This document shows, in pieces, positions 49,320-57,913 of a stretch of DNA of 64,000 nucleotides. Under the pieces are notes generated by a model. The model was not told where the DNA came from. It did not search any database and saw nothing but the letters and a program-made list of their open reading frames with translations. The stretch comes from Sphingomonadales bacterium. GTDB lineage: Bacteria; Pseudomonadota; Alphaproteobacteria; Sphingomonadales; Sphingomonadaceae. A program made the position numbers and the translations under genes. The stretch is from positions 3,690 to 67,689 of the forward strand of contig JAGXTB010000247.1 in assembly GCA_018334165.1 (NCBI GenBank), given 5' to 3'. Each line of letters starts with the position of its first letter. The first letter of the stretch is position 1.

Positions 49320-49455
49320 TCACCCTGAACTCGTTTCAGGGTCCATCGCGCCGCATTCCCGAAGTGTGGTGCTGAACCCGAACGGCGCGGTTGTGCGGCC
49401 CAACGACGCTTCGGCCCGGGCTGAGAAATGGACCCTGAAACAAGTTCAGGGTGAC
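49320..49455. repeat. MITE-like element, family A copy 2
   Basis: gtcaccctgaactcgtttcagggtccat (49320..49347) pairs with atggaccctgaaacaagttcagggtgac (49428..49455). It has the same terminal inverted repeats as 17914..18050 but a different interior. Confidence 0.8.
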
Positions 49456-49478
49456 GAGATTTTTGAGGGGAGCGCTCG

Positions 49479-49883
49479 ATGACCGGTCAAGCCTCGCTAG
49501 CACTAGAAGCTGTTCTCTTTCTGCTGTCCTTCGATATCGACGACGAAGACGATCGGCTCGACTTGATCGCAGGTATCGGGAACATGGCCGATGCAACTGC
49601 CAAACTTGCCGGAGCAAGCGACTTCAAGTCGCTGCGGGAAAAGCCGAATGTAATGCAGACCATGCAGTTTCTTTCGATTACCAAGTCGGAGTTCGAAGCC
49701 GCGCGGATTGAATCCGATTCCCCCGATCCAGGGTGGTTTGCCGTCCTGCATCTGCTTGGCCTCGAGGTTGTGAACGGACTTCCCAAGGATCGGGATATCC
49801 GAACCGCGACTGCGATGGCTTTGGAAATGTATGAATTCTTCCACGAATTCCTCGAAGAAGAAGCCAATGCCCCAAATCCATAG
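49479..49883 (+). CDS. Hypothetical acidic protein, low-GC orphan inside the suf operon
   Basis: 134 aa; a sampled line (49621..49680) is 27/60 GC; no family recognised. Confidence 0.45.
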   Translation: MTGQASLALEAVLFLLSFDIDDEDDRLDLIAGIGNMADATAKLAGASDFKSLREKPNVMQTMQFLSITKSEFEAARIESDSPDPGWFAVLHLLGLEVVNGLPKDRDIRTATAMALEMYEFFHEFLEEEANAPNP

Positions 49884-49906
49884 CCTCCACGCCCCAATCC
49901 CCTCCC

Positions 49907-49992
49907 GTCGCCCCGTGCTTGACACGGGGCTGGGCTGTTCTTCGTGCGGCGGGGCGGAAGGCAGCCAAGCCCCGCATCAAGTGCGGGGCGAC
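49907..49992. repeat. Paired hairpin repeat (family F)
   Basis: gtcgccccgtgcttgacacggggc and its inverted relative gccccgcatcaagtgcggggcgac; each arm forms its own small hairpin. Confidence 0.55.
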
Positions 49993-50012
49993 GAGGCTGA
50001 GTGGAGCAACCA

Positions 50013-50498
50013 ATGACCAAGAAAACCCTCACCGTTCGCCCGCTCGATGAGCGCGATCAGGCCCCCGAGCTGCAAAAGCGCGGGCGCGGCTGGGCGATTT
50101 CGGAATCGCGGCTTGATGCGATCCACGAGCAGGCCCGGCAGAACCGCCGCGAGCCCAGCCCGGCGCAGAAGCTGCTGGGCGAAAAGCTCGCCGAGGCCAA
50201 TCTCGGCAAGTACAAGCTGACCCGCCAGCAAGTGATCGGCTCGGCGATCCTCGATTTCGCCTGCAACCCGCTCAAGGTCGCGGTCTCAATCGACGAGGGC
50301 GGCGATCCGGCGCTGATCGCCCGGCGCGACAAGAGCCTCGAGGCGGTCGGCGTCAAACTGCTGCGCTTCCCCGCCGAACGCGTGCTGGAAGAGCCTGACG
50401 CGGTGACGGCAGAAATCGTCGCGGCGATGAAGGCCCGCTACGAAGAACGCGGGGCTGCGCGGCGGCAGAATTATCAGTCGAGGGGAGAGCGGCGATGA
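50013..50498 (+). CDS. DUF559-like (Vsr-fold endonuclease-like) protein, divergent copy
   Basis: ILDFACNPLKVAVSIDEGGD...GVKLLRFPAERV aligns by eye to the next gene's IVDFFCPQKALAVEVDGETH...GVKVLHFANPDV. The acidic E of the E-x-D motif is Ser here. Confidence 0.55.
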   Translation: MTKKTLTVRPLDERDQAPELQKRGRGWAISESRLDAIHEQARQNRREPSPAQKLLGEKLAEANLGKYKLTRQQVIGSAILDFACNPLKVAVSIDEGGDPALIARRDKSLEAVGVKLLRFPAERVLEEPDAVTAEIVAAMKARYEERGAARRQNYQSRGERR

Positions 50499-51037
50499 GC
50501 TCCGAAATCCAGCAGGGGCCAGAACCGGGTGAAGGTGCTCACCTGCGCCAAAAATGGACACTGCGCGATCAAGCAAAGCAACAAAACTCCCCTCCCCTTC
50601 AGGGGAGGGGCAGGGGGTGGGGTCTCTCCGCCAATCGCATGGCCGAGATCGCAAAATTCGCCCACGAAATGCGCCGCAACCCCACCGAACCGGAAGTGCG
50701 TTTGTGGCGCGCGCTGTCGAACCGGCAATTGGGCGGGCACAAGTTCCGCCGCCAGACCGAGATCGGCCCATTCATCGTCGATTTCTTCTGCCCGCAAAAG
50801 GCGCTCGCGGTCGAGGTGGATGGCGAAACCCACGATATCGAACACGACCTCCGCCGCGATACCGCCTTGGGCTATTTCGGCGTCAAAGTGCTGCATTTCG
50901 CCAACCCCGATGTGACGGGCAATCGTGATGGGGTGCTGACCGCGATCCTTGGTGTCTTGCACGAGACGCCGGATCGTTGGGAGAGACCCCACCCCAACCC
51001 CTCCCCTGAAGGGGAGGGGCTTAAGGCTGAGAATTGA
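50495..51037 (+). CDS. DUF559 endonuclease domain protein
   Basis: EVRLWRALSNRQLGGHKFRRQTEIGPFIVDFFCPQKALAVEVDGETH...VLHFAN is the canonical DUF559 pattern. ATGA overlap with the upstream copy. Both termini are encoded by repeat arms. Confidence 0.75.
   Translation: MSSEIQQGPEPGEGAHLRQKWTLRDQAKQQNSPPLQGRGRGWGLSANRMAEIAKFAHEMRRNPTEPEVRLWRALSNRQLGGHKFRRQTEIGPFIVDFFCPQKALAVEVDGETHDIEHDLRRDTALGYFGVKVLHFANPDVTGNRDGVLTAILGVLHETPDRWERPHPNPSPEGEGLKAEN
50587..50628. repeat. Family C repeat, left arm
   Basis: ctcccctccccttcaggggaggggcagggggtggggtctctc is the near-exact reverse complement of 50981..51020. Confidence 0.75.
50981..51020. repeat. Family C repeat, right arm
   Basis: gagagaccccaccccaacccctcccctgaaggggaggggc is inverted relative to 50587..50628. 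Confidence 0.75.
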
Positions 51038-51042
51038 AAATT

Positions 51043-51783
51043 ATGCTCAAAATCGAAAACCTCCACGCCACGGTCGCCGACAAGCCGATCCTCAAGGGTC
51101 TGTCGCTGTCGATCAATGCGGGCGAAGTCCATGCGATCATGGGTCCCAATGGCGCGGGCAAATCGACGTTGTCCTATGTCTTGGGCGGGCGGCCTGGCTA
51201 CGAAGTGACCGAAGGTTCGGTGACGTTCATGGGCCAGGACCTGCTTGCGCTCGAACCGCACGAGCGCGCCGCTGCGGGACTGTTCCTGGGCTTCCAGTAC
51301 CCGGTCGAGATTCCGGGCGTCTCCTTTGTCCAGTTCATGCGTGAGAGCGCCAATGCCCAGCGCAAAGGCCGGGGCGAGCCGCCGCTGTCGGGCGGGGACT
51401 TCCTCAAGCTCGCGCGCGAGAAAGCGGCGCTGCTCAAGATGGACATGGAAATGCTCAAGCGGCCGGTCAACGTCGGCTTTTCGGGCGGCGAAAAGAAGCG
51501 TGCCGAGATGGTCCAGATGGGGATCCTGAACCCCTCGCTGGCGGTGCTGGACGAGACCGATTCTGGCCTCGATATCGACGCACTGCGCGTGGTGGGCGAG
51601 GGGATCAACGCCACGATGCGCGCAAACGACAAGGCGGTACTGCTGATCACCCACTACCAGCGCCTGCTCGACTATGTGCAGCCCGATTTTGTCCATGTTC
51701 TCGCAGGCGGGCGGATCGTCCGGACGGGCGGGCCGGAGCTCGCGCATGAGCTGGAAGAGCATGGCTATGAGGCGGTCGCATGA
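51043..51783 (+). CDS. sufC: Fe-S cluster assembly ATPase SufC
   Basis: MLKIENLHATV N-terminus, GPNGAGKSTL Walker A, FSGGEKKR signature. The track ORF begins at a TTG at 51034; the ATG at 51043 is preferred. Confidence 0.95.
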   Translation: MLKIENLHATVADKPILKGLSLSINAGEVHAIMGPNGAGKSTLSYVLGGRPGYEVTEGSVTFMGQDLLALEPHERAAAGLFLGFQYPVEIPGVSFVQFMRESANAQRKGRGEPPLSGGDFLKLAREKAALLKMDMEMLKRPVNVGFSGGEKKRAEMVQMGILNPSLAVLDETDSGLDIDALRVVGEGINATMRANDKAVLLITHYQRLLDYVQPDFVHVLAGGRIVRTGGPELAHELEEHGYEAVA

Positions 51784-51806
51784 GCGCCGCAGGCCTCCCT
51801 TCTTTC

Positions 51807-51870
51807 CTCCGCGTCTCCGCGTCTCCGCGTGAGATTCGATGGACTCACGCGGAGGCGCGGAGACGCGGAG
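51807..51870. repeat. 27-bp-arm hairpin repeat in the sufC-sufD spacer (family D)
   Basis: ctccgcgtctccgcgtctccgcgtgag pairs with ctcacgcggaggcgcggagacgcggag (one mismatch) around a 10-nt loop. Confidence 0.75.
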
Positions 51871-51883
51871 AAGGGGGTCGGGC

Positions 51884-52606
51884 ATGACTGCCCTCGCGCT
51901 TCCCACCCGCAAGGATGAGGACTTCCGTTACGCGGACCTGGCCGCGCTTGAGCGCGTCTGGCCGGTGGCGATTGAGACGATTGCGCTTGCTGAAGGCGAG
52001 CAACGAGCACTGAGCATGGTCAATCTGGGGGTGCGCGAGCTGGTGATTGTGCTGGCACCGGGCGCTTCGCTCGACCTGCACGTGCTCAATGCCGGGCCGG
52101 ACTATGGCCGTCTGGCGCTGCGGGCCGAACTCGGCACTGGCTCGCGGTTCAACTTTGGCGCGGCGCAGCTGGCGGGCAGCGGGCAAGTGCTCGAAGTGGT
52201 GACCGAGGTGCAGCACCTTGGTCCCGATGCCGTCAGCCAGCAGACCGTGCGCTCGGTCGCGGGCGGGGGCTCCAGCGTTAACTATCTCGGCAAGGTGCAT
52301 GTCGCCAAGGGCGCGGACGGGACCGATGGGTCGCAGTCGGTGCGGGCGATGCTGCTCGACCGGCAGTCCGCGGCCAATGCCAAGCCCGAACTGGAAATCC
52401 ACGCCGACGACGTCAAATGCGCGCACGGCTGCGCGGTGGGCGAGCTCGACAAGCAGGCGCTGTTCTACCTTGCCCAGCGCGGGCTGCCGCCCGAGGCTGC
52501 CAAGAAGCTGATGCTCCAGGCCTTCGTTGCCGAGGCCTTTGTCGGGGCCGCGGACGAAGAGGCGCTGCAAGCCCAGGCGCTCGCCGCGCTGGAGGCGCTG
52601 TTGTGA
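51884..52606 (+). CDS. sufD: Fe-S cluster assembly protein SufD (short form)
   Basis: Trimmed to ATG at 51884; PELEIHADDVKCAHGCAVGELD motif. Confidence 0.85.
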   Translation: MTALALPTRKDEDFRYADLAALERVWPVAIETIALAEGEQRALSMVNLGVRELVIVLAPGASLDLHVLNAGPDYGRLALRAELGTGSRFNFGAAQLAGSGQVLEVVTEVQHLGPDAVSQQTVRSVAGGGSSVNYLGKVHVAKGADGTDGSQSVRAMLLDRQSAANAKPELEIHADDVKCAHGCAVGELDKQALFYLAQRGLPPEAAKKLMLQAFVAEAFVGAADEEALQAQALAALEALL

Positions 52607-53841
52607 ACGGCCACTCCCAAGCTCCGTTCGCATCGAGCGAAGTCGAGATGCCGCGCACAGGTGTCTCGACTTCGCTCGACACGAACGGGATCAGGGCGGA
52701 ATTCCCAGGCCTCGCCGGCGGCTGGCACTACCTTGATACCGCCGCCACTGCGCAGAAGCCGCAGGCGGTGATCGATGCGACCGTGCAAGCAATGGGCGCG
52801 GATTATGCCACGGTCCACCGCGGGGTCTATGCCCGCTCGGCCAATATGACCGTGGCCTATGAAGCAGCGCGCGAGCGGGTGGCGCGGTTCATCGGCGGAA
52901 AGGCCGACGAAGTGGTCTTCGTGCGCGGCGCGACCGAGGGGATCAACCTTGTCGCTCACTCCTATCCGAACAAGGGCCGCGTATTGCTCTCGGTGCTGGA
53001 GCATCATTCGAATATCGTGCCGTGGCAACTGGCCGGCTGGCAAGTCGATGTCTGCCCGCTGACCGCAGACGGCTGCATCGATCTCGACGCGGCCGAAGCG
53101 ATGCTCACGAGCGAGCATACGATGGTGGCCTTCGCCCATGTCTCGAATGTGCTCGGCTCCACCCTCGACGCCGCCCGCGCGGCGCGGCTGGCGCACGGCG
53201 TTGGGGCAAAGCTATTGCTCGACGGCTGCCAGGCGGTGCCGCGGATGCCGGTCGATGTGGCGGCGCTGGACTGTGATTTCTACGTGTTTTCGGGCCACAA
53301 GCTCTACGGCCCGACCGGGATCGGCGCGCTGTGGGGCAGGGCCGAGCTGCTTGAGGCGATGCCGCCGTGGCAGGGCGGCGGCTCGATGATCGACAAGGTG
53401 ACTTTCGAGCAGACGACCTATGCCCCGGCCCCGACCCGGTTCGAGGCTGGAACCCCGGCGATTGTCGAGGTGATGGGGCTGCATGCCGCGATCGACTATG
53501 TTGAACACATCGGCCTTCCCGCGATCCACGCCCACGAGACCGCGCTGGTGAGCCAGCTGCGCGATGCGCTGCGCCGCCGCAACGATATCACGCTGTTCGG
53601 GCCTGACAATGCGGCGGGGATTGTCTCTTTCGCGATGGAGGGGGTGCATCCGCACGACCTCGGCACCATATTGGACGAAAGCGGTGTGGCGATCCGCGCC
53701 GGGCACCACTGCGCGCAGCCGCTGATGGAGCACCTGGGCGTGCCTGCCACCGCGCGGGCCAGCTTCGGGCTCTATTCGGATGCAGACGATATCGCCGCCC
53801 TGCTGGCGGGAATTGAACGGACACGGAGGATCTTCGGATGA
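52603..53841 (+). CDS. sufS: Cysteine desulfurase SufS
   Basis: HKLYGPTGIGALWG (PLP Lys) and RAGHHCAQP motifs. The start is uncertain: GTG at 52603 (GTGA overlap) or ATG at 52648. The first ~25 codons run through a REP-like hairpin. Confidence 0.9.
   Translation: MNGHSQAPFASSEVEMPRTGVSTSLDTNGIRAEFPGLAGGWHYLDTAATAQKPQAVIDATVQAMGADYATVHRGVYARSANMTVAYEAARERVARFIGGKADEVVFVRGATEGINLVAHSYPNKGRVLLSVLEHHSNIVPWQLAGWQVDVCPLTADGCIDLDAAEAMLTSEHTMVAFAHVSNVLGSTLDAARAARLAHGVGAKLLLDGCQAVPRMPVDVAALDCDFYVFSGHKLYGPTGIGALWGRAELLEAMPPWQGGGSMIDKVTFEQTTYAPAPTRFEAGTPAIVEVMGLHAAIDYVEHIGLPAIHAHETALVSQLRDALRRRNDITLFGPDNAAGIVSFAMEGVHPHDLGTILDESGVAIRAGHHCAQPLMEHLGVPATARASFGLYSDADDIAALLAGIERTRRIFG
52634..52678. repeat. 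16-bp-arm hairpin repeat (family E) at the sufS 5' end
   Basis: tcgagcgaagtcgaga (52634..52649) is the perfect reverse complement of tctcgacttcgctcga (52663..52678). Confidence 0.75.
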
Positions 53842-54311
53842 ACGAGGAATCCAAATTCACGGTTGAAACGGTGGACAGCGTGCCTGCTCCTGCGCGTGCG
53901 CGGGTCGACGATGCCGAGCCCGAGGCCGCCAAGCTGGAGCGCAAGCGCGACTACCTCGAGGGTTTTCTGGCCGAGAAACCGGCCGCTGCCGCTGCGGGCG
54001 AGCCGGGCGGGGACCTCTATGAAGCGGTGATTGCTGCGCTGAAGGACATTTTCGATCCCGAAATCCCGGTCAATATCTATGATCTGGGGCTGATCTACGG
54101 CGTCGATGTTGCCGATGATGGCGGTGTGGCGGTGACCATGACGCTGACCACCCCGCATTGCCCGGTGGCCGAATCGATGCCCGGCGAGGTTGAGCTCAGG
54201 GTCAGTGCGGTGCCTGGCGTGCGCGATGCCGAAGTCAACCTGGTCTGGGATCCGCCGTGGGACCCCGCCAAGATGAGCGACGAAGCCCGCCTTGAACTGG
54301 GGATGCTGTGA
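53838..54311 (+). CDS. sufT: SUF system Fe-S assembly protein (DUF59/SufT-like)
   Basis: IFDPEIPVNIYDLGLIYGV...TLTTPHCPVAE motif. Confidence 0.85.
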   Translation: MNEESKFTVETVDSVPAPARARVDDAEPEAAKLERKRDYLEGFLAEKPAAAAAGEPGGDLYEAVIAALKDIFDPEIPVNIYDLGLIYGVDVADDGGVAVTMTLTTPHCPVAESMPGEVELRVSAVPGVRDAEVNLVWDPPWDPAKMSDEARLELGML

Positions 54312-54670
54312 TGACCACCACCACGACCCGCCGCCCGCTGCCCGCCGCCGTGATCCTGACCACCACCGCCGAAGCACGGGTCGCCAAGCTGATGGCCGAG
54401 GCTCCGGAAGGTGCCATCGGGGTCAAGCTCTCCACCCCGCGCCGCGGCTGTTCGGGGCTGGCCTATTCGGTCGATTATGTCAGCGAAGCCAATCCGCTCG
54501 ACGAGCGGATCGAAACCCCGGGCGGCACGTTCTTCATCGACGGCGCCTCGGTGCTCTACCTGATCGGTAGCACGATGGACTGGCAGGAAGACGATTTCAC
54601 CGCCGGGTTCGTGTTCCAGAACCCCAATGCCAAGGGAAGCTGCGGCTGCGGGGAGAGCTTTACGGTCTAG
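54308..54670 (+). CDS. sufA: A-type Fe-S cluster carrier (SufA/IscA family)
   Basis: RRGCSGLAY motif and C-terminal GSCGCGESFTV. Confidence 0.85.
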   Translation: MMTTTTTRRPLPAAVILTTTAEARVAKLMAEAPEGAIGVKLSTPRRGCSGLAYSVDYVSEANPLDERIETPGGTFFIDGASVLYLIGSTMDWQEDDFTAGFVFQNPNAKGSCGCGESFTV

Positions 54671-54679
54671 ACTTTAGGC

Positions 54680-55633
54680 CTAAAGCCCCAACACCTCACC
54701 GCCATCTTCGGCGATAAAGGCCAGCAGCGCCTTCTCCAGCGGGTCGAGTTCTTCGTCGGCTTCGAGCAGGTCGGTCAGCCAGCTGTTTTCTTCCGCAGTC
54801 ACTTCAGCGGCTTCGGCCGCTTCGTCCTCGATATCGGGAGCGTGCGGGCTGAGGTCGAGCAGGCTGCCGAATGCGCCGTCGAAATCGGGGCGCGAGGAGA
54901 ACATCCGGCCCAGGAACCCGCCAACCCCGGCGCCTTCGCGGTTCATGAACGCTTCCAGCTCAGCGGCGCGGTCATTGCTGAGCGGCTCTTTCCCGCCAAA
55001 GCCCTGGAGGTAATTGGCGACGCCCTGGACGAACAGCTTCTCCCATTCGGCGGCATTGGCTTCGTAGAGCGAGGCATCTTTGATCCGGAACAGCATTTCC
55101 GCTTCGCTCTTGCTGACCGCGGCGGGGCGGTCGCTGGCCGGAGCAAAGATCAGGCGGCGCAGCAACCTGCATTCGGTCTCGTTGATCCCCTTGGGGCTGA
55201 GCTCGCCGTGGCGGGTCGGACCTTCGCCGTGGAGCACGGCGTCTTCGATATGTTTGAGCGCATAGGCCTTGAGCCGGCCCGGCACATTGATCGCAATCTC
55301 GAAAACCCTGACCAGCAGCTCGAGCTCGGCCATCGAGCCCAGCCGGCCATCTCGGTCGATCCGCGAAATCAGCTCGTCGGCCATCTCGTCATCGACATAG
55401 CCTTTGGGTTCAACCGTATTGACGATGAAAGTCGAAAGCGCCTCAATGAAGAAATCGCACCATTCGCACGTTGGCTCGGTGCAGGCATCGTTGGCAGCGA
55501 ACAGCGCCTCGGCCTCTTCCGGGTCCATCTTGCCATCGGCCCAGCCAAGACGGCGCAGCTCGAGAATCTCTTCCGCGGCGATCCGGCCATCGCTGGCGAT
55601 CGCGTTGGCGATGTTACCAAATTCCATGCTCAT
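54680..55633 (-). CDS. Hypothetical acidic protein with internally repeated helical modules
   Basis: 317 aa with repeated segments such as DGRIAAEEILELRRL, ISRIDRDGRLGSMAELELL and SKSEAEMLFRI. A TerB-like impression only. Confidence 0.5.
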   Translation of the reverse strand: MSMEFGNIANAIASDGRIAAEEILELRRLGWADGKMDPEEAEALFAANDACTEPTCEWCDFFIEALSTFIVNTVEPKGYVDDEMADELISRIDRDGRLGSMAELELLVRVFEIAINVPGRLKAYALKHIEDAVLHGEGPTRHGELSPKGINETECRLLRRLIFAPASDRPAAVSKSEAEMLFRIKDASLYEANAAEWEKLFVQGVANYLQGFGGKEPLSNDRAAELEAFMNREGAGVGGFLGRMFSSRPDFDGAFGSLLDLSPHAPDIEDEAAEAAEVTAEENSWLTDLLEADEELDPLEKALLAFIAEDGGEVLGL

Positions 55634-55695
55634 GGCACGACTTCCCCACTATTGCGGGACCGCTATGCCAATTCATCCTTAAAGCCTCGTTACCC

Positions 55696-56109
55696 TTACC
55701 GCTTCCTCAGCGCTGCGACGCAGGCCGCGCGGTCCACTTCCTGGCCGTCGCTGGCCCGGCGAGCCTCGACATAGGTCGCTTGCGGCTCACCCCCGCGCGC
55801 GGCGGGGTAGAGGAACACGTCGAGCACACAGGCGGCGCCGGTGAATTGCAATTTGCGGGCATCGCCTTCCCAGACTTCGAGCCGGGCTGCCCCGAACTGG
55901 CGGGCCAGGGCATCGGCATCGGCCCCGATCACGCCCTCCAGCCCCGGTGCGGCCTGAATCCGCGCGACCGGCGGCACGGTCTTGACCGGGGTGCGCACGG
56001 CAACCCTGGGCTGTTTGGCGGGGACGGTCGGGGCAGGCTTGGTCCCGCCCGAGGCGCAAGCCGCGAGCAGGGGGACAAGCGCAAGGGCGATCAGGATCTT
56101 AGGCTGCAT
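55696..56109 (-). CDS. Lipoprotein, unknown function
   Basis: MQPKILIALALVPLLAAC lipobox. Confidence 0.6.
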   Translation of the reverse strand: MQPKILIALALVPLLAACASGGTKPAPTVPAKQPRVAVRTPVKTVPPVARIQAAPGLEGVIGADADALARQFGAARLEVWEGDARKLQFTGAACVLDVFLYPAARGGEPQATYVEARRASDGQEVDRAACVAALRKR

Positions 56110-56773
56110 GGCCCAGTCCCTTGCGATGGATCAGGTGCACCGCGCAAGCCGCCCCCAGGAAAGGTGCGGCGAAGTTGGCAAATGGCACGGTGAGCAGAAA
56201 GGCGGTGACCCCGCCCAGCGCCAATCGCTCCATCCACGACAGCGGCGATGGGTCTTGCGGCGATGCGCGGTGGCGCAGCCAGACCATGTCCTGCAATTCG
56301 CGCCCCAGCAGGACCGCATTGACCAACAGGAACACCAGCGGCGCGCCCACTCCGGTGACCAGCAGCACCAGCGCGACGGGAAGGGCGAGCAGATTGAACA
56401 GCAGCGCCCGACCCGCGCCGCCCAGGGCCCGCGCCAGTTCCTCGCGCCAGCCCAGCTTGCGGGCGCGCAGGGCCATTTCGGGATAGTCGCGCGCCTCGAT
56501 CGCCTGCACCACTTCGTCGGCGAAGAATTGCAGTACTGCCAATGCGACGATCCGCCACAGCAACCAGGTTCCCAGCACGGCGGCCAGCGTTGCGGCCAGC
56601 GCGGCATGATCGGGATCGGGCAAGGTGCGCGTGAGTAGCGCGGTCAGGCCCCACCAGGCCGCAGCGCCCACGCCCAGGCAAGCGATCAGTGTTGCGCCCA
56701 GGCTTTTGAGCCAGATCGGCAGCAGGGCGCGGTCGAGCAGCCGGTTGGCGGCGAGGGCGAAAGCGCTGAGCAT
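56099..56773 (-). CDS. Polytopic membrane protein (EI24/CysZ-like by recollection)
   Basis: Trimmed to ATG at 56773; multiple hydrophobic helices. Confidence 0.45.
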   Translation of the reverse strand: MLSAFALAANRLLDRALLPIWLKSLGATLIACLGVGAAAWWGLTALLTRTLPDPDHAALAATLAAVLGTWLLWRIVALAVLQFFADEVVQAIEARDYPEMALRARKLGWREELARALGGAGRALLFNLLALPVALVLLVTGVGAPLVFLLVNAVLLGRELQDMVWLRHRASPQDPSPLSWMERLALGGVTAFLLTVPFANFAAPFLGAACAVHLIHRKGLGHAA

Positions 56774-56878
56774 CGAAGGGGAATCGCCGCTCGTCGCTGC
56801 GCTGTCAACGCTGCTTCCCAGTTCGCGCAAAACCGGCTAGGCGCACGGCGCTTTTTGTCCGCCTTCGCAGGAGTTTCC

Positions 56879-57874
56879 ATGTCCAAGCCCAGCACCCAGG
56901 TCATCGCCATCGGCAATGCCATCGTCGATGTCATGGCCCCGTGCGAGGACGGCCTGATCGAACGGCTGGGCCTGGTGCGCGGCGGCATGACGCTGGTCGA
57001 TACGGCGCGCGCCCGCGAACTTTATGATGCCATGGGCCCCGCACGCGAGATTTCGGGCGGGTCAGCGGCCAATACCCTGGCTGGGCTCGCCGCACTGGGC
57101 AGCAAATGCGCCTTCATTGGTCAGGTCGCCGACGACCAGCTGGGCGAAGTCTTCGCCCACGACATCCGCGCCGGCGGGATTGCTTTCGGCACCCCGGCAC
57201 GAGCGGGCGATCCGCCGACCGCGCGCTGCCTGATCTTCGTCACTCCCGATGGCCAGCGCACGATGAACACCTACCTGGGCGCCTCGCAGTTCCTGCCGCC
57301 GGCCGCGCTCGATGAAGCGGCGATTGCCGATGCTGAGATCCTCTATCTTGAAGGCTATCTGTGGGATCCCGAAGAACCCCGCGCGGCGATGCGCCGGGCA
57401 ATTGCGGCGGCCCGCGATAGTGGCCGCAAAGTGGCTTTCACCCTGTCGGACGCCTTCGTGATCGATCGCCACGGCGACGATTTCCGCGCGATGATCGCGG
57501 CCGGAGAGATCGACATCCTGTTTGCCAACCATGTCGAGCTGGCTTCGCTGACCGGGCATGATGACTTCCACGCCGGGATCGACGTGCTGAAGGACAAGGT
57601 CCCGATGCTGGTGGTGACCCGCAGCGAACAGGGCGCGGTCGCGGCCACCGGCGGCCAGTTGTTTGAGGTTCCGGCTGAGCCTGTGGCCAAGGTCGTCGAT
57701 ACCACTGGCGCCGGCGATCTGTTCGCCGCCGGGTTCCTGCACGGGCTGGTCAGCGGCCGTCCGGTTGCCGAATGCCTGCGAATCGGGGCGATCTGCGCGG
57801 CGGAAGTCATTTCGCACTTTGGTGCCCGCCCCGAAGCCAACCTTCAGGACCTGGTTAACGCCCGACTCGGCTAG
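56879..57874 (+). CDS. PfkB family kinase (adenosine kinase-like)
   Basis: ATG at 56879 preceded by gcaggag; VVDTTGAGDLFAAGFL PfkB signature. Confidence 0.85.
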   Translation: MSKPSTQVIAIGNAIVDVMAPCEDGLIERLGLVRGGMTLVDTARARELYDAMGPAREISGGSAANTLAGLAALGSKCAFIGQVADDQLGEVFAHDIRAGGIAFGTPARAGDPPTARCLIFVTPDGQRTMNTYLGASQFLPPAALDEAAIADAEILYLEGYLWDPEEPRAAMRRAIAAARDSGRKVAFTLSDAFVIDRHGDDFRAMIAAGEIDILFANHVELASLTGHDDFHAGIDVLKDKVPMLVVTRSEQGAVAATGGQLFEVPAEPVAKVVDTTGAGDLFAAGFLHGLVSGRPVAECLRIGAICAAEVISHFGARPEANLQDLVNARLG

Positions 57875-57913
57875 TCCCTGTCGCAATTCGTTAACGATGA
57901 TTGCCTAGATTCG

